Shown: piece after piece, positions 46,960 through 57,112 of the stretch | Layout: each line of letters opens with the position of its first letter | How positions within the stretch are numbered: the first letter of the stretch is position 1 | NCBI GenBank assembly: GCA_945877135.1 | Contig: CAMCQY010000002.1 | Location: forward strand, 22,796 to 86,795 | Direction of reading: 5' to 3' | Length of the DNA: 64,000 bases | Source: Candidatus Kuenenia stuttgartensis | GTDB taxonomy: Bacteria; Planctomycetota; Planctomycetia; Pirellulales; UBA1268 | Program-made: the position numbers and the translations under genes | The notes under the pieces: generated by a model | Told to the model about the DNA's origin: nothing | The model's database searches: none | The model's input: the letters and a program-made list of their open reading frames with translations, nothing else

Positions 46960-49172
46960 GGGTGCACCTCCGTCATGGCATGCGACCGCATGACGATGTC
47001 CACGACCGCCGAGGCATCGAGCAACAGGCAGACTTCGCCATCGCCCAAGATGCTCGCCCCGCCGAGGCCGCGAATCCGCATGAAGTTTTCGTCGAGCGAC
47101 TTGACGACGAGGTCTTGGGTGCCGAGCAGGCTCGATACGCATACGGCGACGGCCCGCGAACCGGAGTGAATGACGAGCACGGCCCCACGCGGCGCCGGCT
47201 CCGCAGCCGTGGATGGCCAGGAGAAGATTTCGTCCATCTCAACCAACGGCAGAAATTCACCCCGGATGTCGCACACCCTGCGGCCCCCGATCGACAGGAT
47301 GCAGTCATCGGTGACCGTGACGAGTTCCCGGACGTTTTCCACCGGCACGGCAACGGCTGCCTGTTCCATCCGGAAGAGCATGCACCGGGCGATGGCCAGC
47401 GTCAGTGGAAGACGGATGACAAATGTCGTTCCCACGCCAAGCGTCGAGTCGATGTCGATCGATCCACTCAAGGCCTCGATTCTGGTTCGGACGATGTCCA
47501 TGCCGACGCCCCGTCCCGAGATGTTGGAGACCTCCTTCGCGGTGCTGAAACCTGGCTGCCAGATGAAGTCGGTCAGTTCACGGGGGCTGAGGCTGGCCGC
47601 TTGGTCGGCCGAGACGAGCCCGCGGGCAACGGCACGGTCGCGAACCCCTTCGAGGTCGATGCCGCCGCCGTCGTCGCTGATCGAGATGATGACGCTGTTG
47701 CCCCGCTGCGAGGCGGCGAGTCGCACCGTGGCCATCTCCGGCTTGCCTCGTCGCAGCCGAACGTCGGCAGGCTCGATCCCGTGGTCGATGGCATTACGGA
47801 CAAGGTGGACAAGAGGGTCGCCGAGTTCGTCGATCATCCGCTTGTCGAGTTCGGTCTTTTCTCCCGCCAGCTCGAGCGTCACGTTTTTGCCGAGCTCATT
47901 CGCGATGTCGCGGACCGACCGCTTGAACCGGTTCAGCAGCGGGCCAACCGGCACCATCCGCGTGCTGAGAACACCGCGCTGCAGGCTGTCGGCCACGCGG
48001 GTGAGGTGATCGACCGACTCCACGAGTTCGGCGTACCGGCGGTGCCCCTCCTCCCACAAGCGGCCCTGCTCTTCGAGCTTTTCGAGCTGAGATTCACAGG
48101 CGGCGGCGGCCCGATCGATCGGGCCAGACGCCGATCGTATGATCGCCTCCACCGCCTCGCGAAGGGAGTGGGTCGTGCCACCCGATCTGCCGCCGACGGC
48201 TGCCTTCCGAAAGAGTGGGGCCATGTCGGCGACGAGTTGCACAAAGCGGGCGCGACTGACGACCAGTTCACCGACAAGGTTGAGCAGCACGTCGAGACGC
48301 TCGACGCCAACCCGCATCGTCTCGACAACCGCGCCGGCTTCCGTCGGCGCGGGGGGGGCAGCGGGCTCGGCCGGTGGCTCGACATCGAGCTCGACGCCGA
48401 CGACCCCATCGACATCGGCGGCGATCGTGATCGCGCTGCCGGTGGCGGCGGTGCGGAGCATGATATCCAGCGTCCGCAGTTCGGTGCTCGTGGCGAACTC
48501 TGCCGCCTCCGGAGAGGACTCCACGACGACGCCGAGGCCGCCGAGCCGCGCGAGCACCAATTCGGCCTTCAGGTCGGCCATGGCAAGCCCAGGGGCGAAC
48601 TGAACGCGGATCCGGCGGACCCGCGCGTTGCCCACGGGCGGCGGCGTTGGGACGGCTGGCGTCGCCGGCGGCGACGCTACGGCCGGCTCAACGGCCGGTG
48701 TCGGCGGCGCCGAAGGTAAGGTTGGCGCCGTTGCTGCAGTGGGCCCTGCGGCCGGTGTGGTCTGCCCCAGCTTCTTGACGGCCTCGAGCAGTTCATCAAC
48801 CGGTTCGAGTTTCTCCCCCTGCCGCAGCCGATCGTTGCAATGCCGGAAGTAGTCGATGCACCGCAGGGCCGCCTCGATCGTCGGGCCATCGAGCAGCAGG
48901 CTGCCCGACCGGAGTCGCTCGAAGTGGCTTTCGAGGTGATGGGCCAGCCCCGTGATCCTGTCGAGCCCAAGCATGGCCGCCGAGCCCTTGATCGAATGAA
49001 TGAGCCGGAAGGCCTCGGCGATCCGGCGGGCGTCGCGGGGCTCCGATTCAAGCGCCAGCAACAGCTGCACGAGCTGGTCGCACTGCTCACCCGTCTCGTC
49101 GATATAGACGCTGAGGAATTCCGCCATGTCGTCGGCGGGCATATCCTGGTTGCGGCGGCTGCTGTCGGCCAT
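46956..49172 (-). CDS. cheA: Chemotaxis histidine kinase CheA
   Basis: Hpt motif HSIKGSAAMLGL. HATPase boxes HLVRNAIDHG, DDGGGID and GRGVGMD. C-terminal CheW-like domain. A long Pro/Ala-rich linker follows P1. Confidence 0.95.
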   Translation of the reverse strand: MADSSRRNQDMPADDMAEFLSVYIDETGEQCDQLVQLLLALESEPRDARRIAEAFRLIHSIKGSAAMLGLDRITGLAHHLESHFERLRSGSLLLDGPTIEAALRCIDYFRHCNDRLRQGEKLEPVDELLEAVKKLGQTTPAAGPTAATAPTLPSAPPTPAVEPAVASPPATPAVPTPPPVGNARVRRIRVQFAPGLAMADLKAELVLARLGGLGVVVESSPEAAEFATSTELRTLDIMLRTAATGSAITIAADVDGVVGVELDVEPPAEPAAPPAPTEAGAVVETMRVGVERLDVLLNLVGELVVSRARFVQLVADMAPLFRKAAVGGRSGGTTHSLREAVEAIIRSASGPIDRAAAACESQLEKLEEQGRLWEEGHRRYAELVESVDHLTRVADSLQRGVLSTRMVPVGPLLNRFKRSVRDIANELGKNVTLELAGEKTELDKRMIDELGDPLVHLVRNAIDHGIEPADVRLRRGKPEMATVRLAASQRGNSVIISISDDGGGIDLEGVRDRAVARGLVSADQAASLSPRELTDFIWQPGFSTAKEVSNISGRGVGMDIVRTRIEALSGSIDIDSTLGVGTTFVIRLPLTLAIARCMLFRMEQAAVAVPVENVRELVTVTDDCILSIGGRRVCDIRGEFLPLVEMDEIFSWPSTAAEPAPRGAVLVIHSGSRAVAVCVSSLLGTQDLVVKSLDENFMRIRGLGGASILGDGEVCLLLDASAVVDIVMRSHAMTEVHP

Positions 49173-49184
49173 GGCGGCGATCTT

Positions 49185-50015
49185 TCAGGGTTTCTGGTAG
49201 GCGAAGGTCGAGCGCCGCTCGAGGCGCTCGAGGAAATCGTGTGCGCCATCGGTCGAACCAGCCACGAGGAAACCGCCGCTGTTGAGCGCATTGACAAGAT
49301 GCCGCAGGGCGACCGGTTTCGAGCCGCGGTCGAAGTAGATCAGCACGTTCCGGATGAAGATGCAATCGAATTTCGGCCCCGGCATCGGGTCGAGGAGGTT
49401 GTGCCGGCGGAATTCGCACAGCTCTGCAACCGTGGGCTTAAGCCGCCATGCGTCTCCGGCGCGGTCGGCGATGAAGTGACGGGCGAGGCGTTCCGGACTG
49501 ACCAGCTCGACCGCCTTTTGTCCGTAGGTCGCGGCGCGTGCCGTCTGCAGGGCCGCCTCGCAGATGTCGGTGCCCACGATCTGCAGTGTCCAGCCCGCCA
49601 GGCGCGGGGCATTCTCCGCCAGGCAGATGGCGAGCGAATACGGCTCTTCCCCGCTGCTGCATGCTGCCGACCAGACCCGCAGCGACCGTTCCCGGCGCCC
49701 GGCCGCCGCCCGCGCGATCACATCGTCGAGGAACGGGCCCGCGAACCATTCGAAGTGATCGTTGGTGCGGAAGAAGTGGGTCTCGTTGGTGGTGATGGCG
49801 TCGATGAACGCCTCCAACTCACCAGCCACGGTCCCGGCCGTGAGGAGCTTGTAATAGTCGTCGAACGACTCAAGCCCGCGGTCGCGGAGCCGGCGCCGGA
49901 TCCGGTTGCTCAGGAGGGCGGTCTTGCCGTCGAGCGTCCAGATTCCCGTGTGTTCGTAGATGAACTTTTGGAACATCGTGAACTGTTCGGGTGTCAGCGA
50001 GATCAATCCGTTCAC
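49185..50015 (-). CDS. cheR: Chemotaxis protein methyltransferase CheR
   Basis: FFRTNDHFEW and RVWSAACSSGEEPYSLAI (SAM-binding). Confidence 0.93.
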   Translation of the reverse strand: MNGLISLTPEQFTMFQKFIYEHTGIWTLDGKTALLSNRIRRRLRDRGLESFDDYYKLLTAGTVAGELEAFIDAITTNETHFFRTNDHFEWFAGPFLDDVIARAAAGRRERSLRVWSAACSSGEEPYSLAICLAENAPRLAGWTLQIVGTDICEAALQTARAATYGQKAVELVSPERLARHFIADRAGDAWRLKPTVAELCEFRRHNLLDPMPGPKFDCIFIRNVLIYFDRGSKPVALRHLVNALNSGGFLVAGSTDGAHDFLERLERRSTFAYQKP

Positions 50016-50059
50016 GGCAGCTCCTTCTCCGCACGCCGCGATGACGCCGGCGGGTAGCG

Positions 50060-52663
50060 TTATACCCGGAAGCGCTTCACGAGGTCACGCAGGCCCTGTG
50101 CCTGGGCGCCGAGTTCCTCGGCGCTGGCGGCCATCTCCTCGGCGGCGGCGGCGTTCGACTCGGTGGTCTGCGACACCGAACGGATCGCCTGTTTCACCTC
50201 GCCGGCATTGGCCGACTGCGACTCCGACGAGGCCGCGATGCTGGCGATCCCAGCTGCCGTTGACTCGACGGCGGTGACGATCGCCGCCAGCGACTGCCCG
50301 ACCTTCTCGGAGAGATCGGCCCCCTCCTGCACCCGCTGGGTCGACTGGTTGATCAGCTGGGTGATCTCCTTGGCGGCCTCGCTCGCCCGTTCGGCGAGCT
50401 TTCGCACCTCGTCGGCGACCACCGCAAACCCGAGCCCGTGCTCTCCCGCCCGGGCCGCTTCGATGGCGGCGTTGAGCGCGAGCAGGTTGGTCTGGGCTGC
50501 GATCTCGCTGATCACCTGGATGATGTCGTTGATCTGCTCCGACGACCTGCGGATGGTCCGCATCGAGTCGATGGCATCGTGGACGGCCTGACTGCCGGCC
50601 TGCGCCAGTTGCGTGGTGCGGCTCGCCTGGGCCCGTGATTCGACGGCGCTCTTCGAGATCACCGCGATCGATGAGGCCAGCTGTTCCACGGCCGCCGTCA
50701 TCTGTTCGACGCTGGCGGCCTGCGACTGCGCTCCGTCGCTGAGGCTGCCGGCACTCTCGGCGATCATCCGCGCACCGTCGTTCTGCTGTTCCGCAGCTTC
50801 GGAGATCTGGCGGATAACGTCCCGCAGATCGCCGAGCATGCGGCCGGCGTTGCCGGCGAGGGCCGCCATATCGTCATCCCCGTCAGCATCGACGGAGATG
50901 CTCAGGTCTCCCTTGGCTGCCGCCCCGAAGACACCCGACAGGACGCCCACCTTCGTCTCGAGGCTCTGCTTGTCGGACGCCATCTGTTTCTGCAGCTCTT
51001 TCTCCCGTTCCTCGCTGCGGACGCGGTCGGTGATCACGTCCCAGGTGATCAGCGGGCCGATGTAGCGGCCGCTCGAGTCGTTGAGGGCCGAAATGTTGAG
51101 GTCGAGCACTTCCGTCCCGAGTGTTACCTGCTCGCGGCGGGGCAGGCTGTCGGGAGTGACCAGAAGCTTCCAGGGGAGCTGCGGCGGGGCCGGAAGGATG
51201 TCGAGTGAACCGCCCACGATTTTATCCACTGGACGGGGCAAGAAGTTCTGCAACAGCCGCAGCGACTTCTCCGACGCCGGATTCATGTAGCGGATCGTGC
51301 CGGTGGTGTCTGCCTGGATCAGCCGCACCGACGTGTTGCCGACCATTTCGGAGAGCTGTTGCTGTGTCTCCTGATCGCGGGTCAGACGACGGGCGATGAA
51401 GAAGGACGACAGCCCGATGCCGGTAGCGGTCAACCCGAAGAGAAGGAGGCCAAACCGACGCAGCCGCAGCACCGGGGCCATCACCTCAGACTCGTCGATT
51501 TCAGAAATCAGCGCCCAGCGGACTGCTCCGTTGCCGGCGGTGTCGCCCTTGAAGACCGTGACCGGCGTCCAAGAGGAGAGTACGGGTTGCTGGCGGTAGT
51601 CGCGGCCCAGGGCCGTGCCCGACTCGCCGGCGTCGAGGGCGCTGCGGACCGGGATGGTGTCAACCTTGAACTTTGGATCGATAATCGTCGATTCGACGCC
51701 AAGATCCTTCGCGAAACGGGAGTTGGAGCGGAACATCCGGTCCGGACCGATGGCGTAGGTCTCGCCGGTCTCGCCCAGGCCCGTCGTCTCTCCGATGATC
51801 TCGTTCGTCTTATCGAGCGGCAACTGGAACGCCAGCACGCCAACGACCGTGTCGCCGTCGAGGAGTGGCGTCGCGATGAAACTCGCCGGCGCCATCAAGG
51901 AGGGCAGATAGCGGCTGTACTGTCCGTAGGCGATGGTTCCGGGACGGCCCATCGCGACCGCCTCGCGGAACGCCTTGGCCAGGTTGCTCGAGGCGAGCGG
52001 ACCGGTTGTCAGTGATGCCCCGAAATCGATCTCCTTGAACACCGTGTAGAGGATCGTGCCCGAGGTGGCGTCGATGAGGAAGATGTCATAGACGCCATAA
52101 CGTTCGAGCATTTCACGGAAGATCGGGTGCACCGTGGCGTGTGCGCGGGAGTAGGCGGAGCCGTCGTCTGCGGCGTCGAGCCGTTGTTTCGAACCGACCG
52201 GATTGGGATTTCCCCGCAAGTAGCCGTCCTGCAGCATCGTCCCGCGTGCGCCGAGGGCGTCGATGTAGGGCCGCACGTCGAACTCGTCGCCATTATTCTT
52301 GTTGCGGTAGAGCGGCGCGAACTCGGCGGCATAGTAGGCGGTGAGGTCCTGCCGCATTGCCGTCAGCGACGTGGGGTTTGCCGGCAGTTCCTGCCAGGCC
52401 TTCCGAAAGGCAGCAAGAGCCTCCCGGGGCAGCGGCCCGCTGGCGGCGACGAGGAGTTCCTCGCGCATGGTCGAGAAATACCGTTCGACCGCCTGGGCGG
52501 TGATCGTCCGGACCGCCTCCAGCCTCGCGAACGCCTGCTGGCGGAGGGAATCGGCCGCCGAGCGGTACATCGCCAGGCCCAGCAGGGCCAGCGGCACGAG
52601 CGACATCGTCAGCAGCGCCGCGAGCACCAGGTTGCGGAGTGATCGGTCGGAAGACATCTTCAT
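50060..52663 (-). CDS. Methyl-accepting chemotaxis protein (TM, double-Cache-like periplasmic domain, TM, PAS-like domain, MCP signalling domain)
   Basis: Canonical tip [41 protein letters not shown]. Two TM segments flank a ~330-aa extracytoplasmic region. Start placed at ATG 52663 (MKMSSD). Confidence 0.92.
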   Translation of the reverse strand: MKMSSDRSLRNLVLAALLTMSLVPLALLGLAMYRSAADSLRQQAFARLEAVRTITAQAVERYFSTMREELLVAASGPLPREALAAFRKAWQELPANPTSLTAMRQDLTAYYAAEFAPLYRNKNNGDEFDVRPYIDALGARGTMLQDGYLRGNPNPVGSKQRLDAADDGSAYSRAHATVHPIFREMLERYGVYDIFLIDATSGTILYTVFKEIDFGASLTTGPLASSNLAKAFREAVAMGRPGTIAYGQYSRYLPSLMAPASFIATPLLDGDTVVGVLAFQLPLDKTNEIIGETTGLGETGETYAIGPDRMFRSNSRFAKDLGVESTIIDPKFKVDTIPVRSALDAGESGTALGRDYRQQPVLSSWTPVTVFKGDTAGNGAVRWALISEIDESEVMAPVLRLRRFGLLLFGLTATGIGLSSFFIARRLTRDQETQQQLSEMVGNTSVRLIQADTTGTIRYMNPASEKSLRLLQNFLPRPVDKIVGGSLDILPAPPQLPWKLLVTPDSLPRREQVTLGTEVLDLNISALNDSSGRYIGPLITWDVITDRVRSEEREKELQKQMASDKQSLETKVGVLSGVFGAAAKGDLSISVDADGDDDMAALAGNAGRMLGDLRDVIRQISEAAEQQNDGARMIAESAGSLSDGAQSQAASVEQMTAAVEQLASSIAVISKSAVESRAQASRTTQLAQAGSQAVHDAIDSMRTIRRSSEQINDIIQVISEIAAQTNLLALNAAIEAARAGEHGLGFAVVADEVRKLAERASEAAKEITQLINQSTQRVQEGADLSEKVGQSLAAIVTAVESTAAGIASIAASSESQSANAGEVKQAIRSVSQTTESNAAAAEEMAASAEELGAQAQGLRDLVKRFRV

Positions 52664-52664
52664 C

Positions 52665-53183
52665 TCATGAAGCCTTGTCGGGGGGTGTGACGCCGGGAAC
52701 GCCGGCGCGGTGGACGCCGGCGAGGCCGGCCGGATCGAGGAGGCTGGTGGCGTCGAGCAGAATGAACAGATCGTCGCCGGCACGGGCGAATCCCTCGACC
52801 GACCGCTGCCCGTCGGCCACGACCGAGTCGGGAGCGGAGTGGATCTGGTCTACGGGGATGCGAATCACCTGCGATACGGCGTCAACCATGCAGCCCATGG
52901 TGCGACTGCCGACGTTGACGACGATCGTGCGGGTGTTGGCGTCCGACTCACGCGCCGGCAGCCCAAACAAGAGCCGCAGGTCGATGACGGGAATGATCGT
53001 GCCACGAAGGTTGCTCACACCGACGACATAGGCGGGCACGTCGGGTACCCTGGTCACGCTGCCGGACGTGATGATTTCCTGGATTCGCTCGATGCGAAAC
53101 AGGTACTTTTGGCCGGCAATTTCAAAGCCGACGAACTGCGCCGAAGCGGCCTGTCTGACCTCTGGGGGGCGGACCGAATCCAT
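52665..53183 (-). CDS. cheW: Chemotaxis coupling protein CheW
   Basis: [21 protein letters not shown]...[22 protein letters not shown]. Only the 3' 519 nt of the 510-aa ORF-track entry are credible. Confidence 0.9.
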   Translation of the reverse strand: MDSVRPPEVRQAASAQFVGFEIAGQKYLFRIERIQEIITSGSVTRVPDVPAYVVGVSNLRGTIIPVIDLRLLFGLPARESDANTRTIVVNVGSRTMGCMVDAVSQVIRIPVDQIHSAPDSVVADGQRSVEGFARAGDDLFILLDATSLLDPAGLAGVHRAGVPGVTPPDKAS

Positions 53184-53390
53184 GCCGGTGATACCTGTGC
53201 TGAGGCGACGTGCGGGCCGCGAGACGATGTCGCCCGGATCGACGGGCGACTCTCCGAGATATAGCTCGGGAATTGGGGCGATACAAATTTGTGTCGATCC
53301 TGACGGATGGGGGAGGTGCCTTTCGGCGGCAGCATCGTTACGATATGCGCAAGCCCACCTCGCGTCAGCCCACCCGCTCCGTGTCGCACC

Positions 53391-54455
53391 ATGTTCACCG
53401 GCGTTCTCAAGGTTGTCGTGGTCGACGATTCCGGGCTCTACCGGCAGATGCTTCTCACGGTCCTCGGCCGGATTGCGGGGGTGGAGGTCGTCGGAACTGC
53501 TGCCGATGGCGATGCGGCGGTGGATCTCATTGCACGGGTCAGACCCGACGTGGTCACGCTCGACGTGCAGATGCCGGGACGGGACGGGATCGAGGTGCTG
53601 CGGGCCCTCAAACAACACGGACTGTCGCCGCGGTCGATCATGGTGAGCAGCCTCACCGCCCAGGGAGCACCGACGACGGTCGCGGCCCTGATGGAGGGGG
53701 CCTTCGACTTCATCCTCAAGCCCATCGGCCTCGATCTCCACGTCACCCGCGACATGATCCAGCGAGAACTCACCGAGAAGTTGGCCGCCGTACGGGAGAG
53801 CATGGGGGCTCCGGCTGTGGCCGCGACGCTGCCGCCGCCAACGCGGTGGCCCGTGCCCTCCGGAGGAGCTCGCTTCGATGCCATCGTGATCGGTGCGTCC
53901 ACCGGGGGCCCCCAGGCCCTGCGGTCTGTGATCCCACTCTTGCCCGCCGATCTTCCGGTACCGGTCTTCATCGTGCAGCACATTCCGCCCCAGTTCACGG
54001 CCAGCCTGGCCGAACGGCTTGCCGGGATGTCGCGAATGCGGGTCGTGGAGGCGGCCGACGGCATGGTTGTCGGGCCGGGCCGGGTCTTCGTGGCACCGGG
54101 GGGCAGGCATCTTGGCGTGGGGCGTCGCGGCGAGCAGGTCGTGTGTGTGCTCGACGACGGTCCGCGGCGTCGTGGCTGTCGGCCTTCGGTCGATCATCTT
54201 CTGGAGTCTGCAGGGCGACTCTACGACGGGAGGGTGCTGGCGGCGGTGCTCACCGGGATGGGCTGCGACGGTCTCGACGGATGCCGCGAACTGAAGAAAC
54301 GAGGCGGCGCGGTGCTCGCGCAGTCGGCCTCAGGATGCGTCGTCTACGGGATGCCGAAAGCGGTCAGCGATGCCGGATTGGTGGACGAGATGGTGCCCCT
54401 TGAGCAGATGGCGGCCCGGCTCTCAGCCTGGCTGCAGGGTGCCGCTGCGGAGTGA
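53391..54455 (+). CDS. cheB: Protein-glutamate methylesterase/deamidase CheB
   Basis: REC domain (VVVVDDS...VTLDVQMPGRDG) plus methylesterase domain (VIGASTGGPQAL, ...GMGCDG...). Confidence 0.93.
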   Translation: MFTGVLKVVVVDDSGLYRQMLLTVLGRIAGVEVVGTAADGDAAVDLIARVRPDVVTLDVQMPGRDGIEVLRALKQHGLSPRSIMVSSLTAQGAPTTVAALMEGAFDFILKPIGLDLHVTRDMIQRELTEKLAAVRESMGAPAVAATLPPPTRWPVPSGGARFDAIVIGASTGGPQALRSVIPLLPADLPVPVFIVQHIPPQFTASLAERLAGMSRMRVVEAADGMVVGPGRVFVAPGGRHLGVGRRGEQVVCVLDDGPRRRGCRPSVDHLLESAGRLYDGRVLAAVLTGMGCDGLDGCRELKKRGGAVLAQSASGCVVYGMPKAVSDAGLVDEMVPLEQMAARLSAWLQGAAAE

Positions 54456-54460
54456 AAACG

Positions 54461-54650
54461 GATTCCCTCGCTCGCGCGTCGGGCTTGCATGGGAATCGGT
54501 CGATCCACGCCCACAAAGGCGGTTCACCGTCCATCCAAGCTCGTGACGGCGGTTCACCGTCCATCCACGCCCGTGACGGCGGTTCACCGTCCATCCAAGC
54601 CCGTGACGGCGGTTCACCGTCCATCCAAGCCCGCAGCGCAAGCAAGGGAA
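54461..54650. repeat. Family A repeat, copy 5, with an internal 30-bp tandem expansion
   Basis: Arm ATTCCCTCGCTCGCGCGTCGGGCTTGCATGGGA (54461-54493). Three full 30-bp units GGCGGTTCACCGTCCATCCAAGCCCGTGAC follow (54517-54546, 54547-54576, 54577-54606). A fourth copy runs into the arm CCATCCAAGCCCGCAGCGCAAGCAAGGGAAT (54620-54650). Confidence 0.9.
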
Positions 54651-54696
54651 TATGCGCCGCCCGCACATCCCGCGCTGACGTTCCCTCCCGCGGCTG

Positions 54697-55839
54697 CTAT
54701 TCCAGCAGTTCCAGCCAGGCGCGAATCTCGTTGTCATATTCGCTTGCCAGGCCGCCGACGATCAGCTGACGGTGAAAGCTCGCGGCGCCCTCCTTCACGA
54801 GGTCGGCATCCTCGGCGCTCGGAAACCGCCGCGCCGGGTCGGAGGCGATCATGCCCCGGATGAAGTTCATCAGCAATTCGTTGCAGGTGACGTCGGCCGG
54901 CAGGATCTGCGGGAGCCGATGGGCGAGCGACCGCTTGGCCTCGAGCAGATCGCGATAGGACTGCAGCCCCGCGAATGGCGGCTGTCCCGAGAGCATCTCG
55001 ATGAGCACGTAGCCGAGACTGGCCAGATCGGAACGGGGCGTGTTTTCGCGGCCCTCGAGCACCTCGGGGGCCGCGTACGACGGCGTGCAGGTGCGGTTGG
55101 GGGGCATGTCGTCGAGTGCGAGGGCCGAACCGATGTCGATGATCTTCGCGTTGCCCGTCCGCTTCACCATGATGTTGGAGCTCTTGATGTCGCCATGCAC
55201 GATCTCCTCCCGGTGCAGGGCGGCCAATGCTGCCAGGCACTCGCGAACGATCGCGATCGCCACGCCGGGCTTGAGCCGCGATTGCTGGGGGCCCGCCGTC
55301 ACGATCACGTTGTTCAAGTGCCGCCAGCGGTCGTCGCCCACGCTCGCCCGGGTCTGGGCGAGTAGTTCCGGAGCCAGCAGCCGCGAGAGGTCGTAGCCAT
55401 CGATCCACTCCATCTCCATGATGCGGATCCGCCGCTGCTCGACGAAGTTGTGCACGTCGAGCAGGTTGTCCTGCTGGATCTGGGCGACTCGGGAGGCCAC
55501 CTTGGCGATGCGGTTCATCCCCTCGTCGTAGATGGCCTCCGACTCGTATCGCTCTGGGGAGAAGATCTTGAGGGCCACCGGCAGGCTGAAATTGTCTGTG
55601 CCACGCCGTTCGGTGAGAAACACCACCCCCTGCCCTCCCGCACCGAGTCGGCGGGTGAGCGCATGGTAGTCGGTCCAGGTGAGTCGCCCCGCGTCGAGGA
55701 TTTCCCCGTAACGGGAGAGCAGTTCCTCAGGACAACGGCTGCCCACGTCGCCGCTGACAGAAATCGTTGGCCGACCGTCCTGCGCCGGGCGGCCCTCCTG
55801 GTACATCGTGGTGTTCATCGTGTCTGGCCGGCTGGTCAT
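54697..55839 (-). CDS. Hanks-type serine/threonine protein kinase (soluble)
   Basis: GAGGQGVVF, VALKIF, HGDIKSSNIMV, DIGSA and SYAAPEV. No TM segment. Confidence 0.88.
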   Translation of the reverse strand: MTSRPDTMNTTMYQEGRPAQDGRPTISVSGDVGSRCPEELLSRYGEILDAGRLTWTDYHALTRRLGAGGQGVVFLTERRGTDNFSLPVALKIFSPERYESEAIYDEGMNRIAKVASRVAQIQQDNLLDVHNFVEQRRIRIMEMEWIDGYDLSRLLAPELLAQTRASVGDDRWRHLNNVIVTAGPQQSRLKPGVAIAIVRECLAALAALHREEIVHGDIKSSNIMVKRTGNAKIIDIGSALALDDMPPNRTCTPSYAAPEVLEGRENTPRSDLASLGYVLIEMLSGQPPFAGLQSYRDLLEAKRSLAHRLPQILPADVTCNELLMNFIRGMIASDPARRFPSAEDADLVKEGAASFHRQLIVGGLASEYDNEIRAWLELLE

Positions 55840-56840
55840 GGTGTTCCGTGGTGTGCTTCAGCGTTGGGCGGTTCCGGGAAACCATCCGGCTCGGGAAAAC
55901 CAAGCCGCTTGTCGACCAGATTCCGCAGACTTCCGCCAGCCAGATACCTACGGAGATTGTCGCAGAAAAAATCGGTCATCGCATCAATTCGGCGGGCCGA
56001 TTGGCCGGCGACGTGGGGCGTGATCAGAAGTCTGGGCGCCCGCCAGAGGCGGCTATCCGGGGGCGGCGGTTCGACGGGCGTGACATCGACGGCGGCGGAG
56101 TCGAGGTGGCCGCTCTCGAGGGCGTCCACCAACGCGTTTTCGTCCACCAGTCTGCCGCGGGCCATATTGACGAGGATCGCGCCGCGTTTCATCCGCGCGA
56201 TCGCGGCGGCATCGATCATGCCGCGGGTCTCGGGGGTAAGCGGCGCGCAGAGAAAGAGGATGTCGGCCTCCTCCAGCACGGAGGGAAGCGTTTCGGGGCC
56301 GCCGAGGCGTTCGACAGCCGCCGGCTTGCGGACCGGGAAGTAATCGGTGGCGAGAATTCTGACGCGGAAGGGCGCAAGCACCTCTACCAGTCGCCGGCCT
56401 ACACCCCCCAATCCCACGATGCCGACCGTCGCGTCGGTGAGGTCGCGGGTGGGCCGTCGGACAAACTCCTGCCGCTGTTGTTGCGTCATGAAGAGGGGAA
56501 GCCGCCGGGTGCAGGCGATCGCCAGTCCGAGGCCATGCTCGGCGACCTGGTCGGCGAGCACTCCGGAGGCGCTTGTGACGATGATGTCGGAGCCGACCAC
56601 CACCGGCACCAGACAGTGGTCGAGCCCGGCAGCCGACGACTGGATCCAGCGGAGCCGGCCACAAGCAACGACAGCTTCCCAGGGGACCGGCACCTTGGGA
56701 TGACCGCAGAAGATGTCGGCGGCGGGCAGTTCGGCCGCCACCCGCTCCTGGCCGGCGTCAACCAGTTCGGCGTGCGGGGCCACCACCTGAATCTGGGCGA
56801 TGTGGTGGGGCTCGACGGGATAGCAGAGGACGATGCGCAT
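55836..56840 (-). CDS. D-isomer-specific 2-hydroxyacid dehydrogenase family protein
   Basis: NAD-binding VGIVGLGGVGRRL. Catalytic region LVNMARGRLVDE...LITPHVAGQS. Start placed at ATG 56840. Its stop overlaps the kinase ATG (ATGA). Confidence 0.85.
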   Translation of the reverse strand: MRIVLCYPVEPHHIAQIQVVAPHAELVDAGQERVAAELPAADIFCGHPKVPVPWEAVVACGRLRWIQSSAAGLDHCLVPVVVGSDIIVTSASGVLADQVAEHGLGLAIACTRRLPLFMTQQQRQEFVRRPTRDLTDATVGIVGLGGVGRRLVEVLAPFRVRILATDYFPVRKPAAVERLGGPETLPSVLEEADILFLCAPLTPETRGMIDAAAIARMKRGAILVNMARGRLVDENALVDALESGHLDSAAVDVTPVEPPPPDSRLWRAPRLLITPHVAGQSARRIDAMTDFFCDNLRRYLAGGSLRNLVDKRLGFPEPDGFPEPPNAEAHHGTP

Positions 56841-57112
56841 GGCCACGGTTTTCACCCGAAAGGGATGAAATTGGCAAGTCGAGGAATGGAAAACGGGGGC
56901 CAGCGGCGAGCCCGCGGCTTGCCCAGACCGGTTTTCGTGGTTCAATATGAGCAAGTGGGCGAAACGATTCGCTCGTGCATGCCGATAGTTAAAGGTCGGA
57001 CTGTGCGGGCGTTTCCGCCGGGTTGTGCCGGTCGCCCACTGCACGTGGCGATTCCAGGCATGCTGCTCGCCCCCCTGTCTTGACGTTCACTGTGTCTTCG
57101 CGGGTGACTTTC

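Noticed and set aside
53184-54197. Upstream 338 aa of the minus-strand ORF 52665..54197
   Set aside because: It is antisense to cheB. Only the CheW domain (52665-53183) has motifs.
54517-54630. Possible CRISPR array
   Set aside because: The 30-bp units are directly adjacent with no spacers, and no cas genes are present. This is a simple tandem duplication.
54364-54769. ORFs encoding repeated WMDGEPPSRA / GGSPSIQARD / TAVHRPSKPV peptides
   Set aside because: They are all three frames and both strands of the same 30-bp DNA tandem repeat, inside an intergenic repeat element. They are not repeat proteins.
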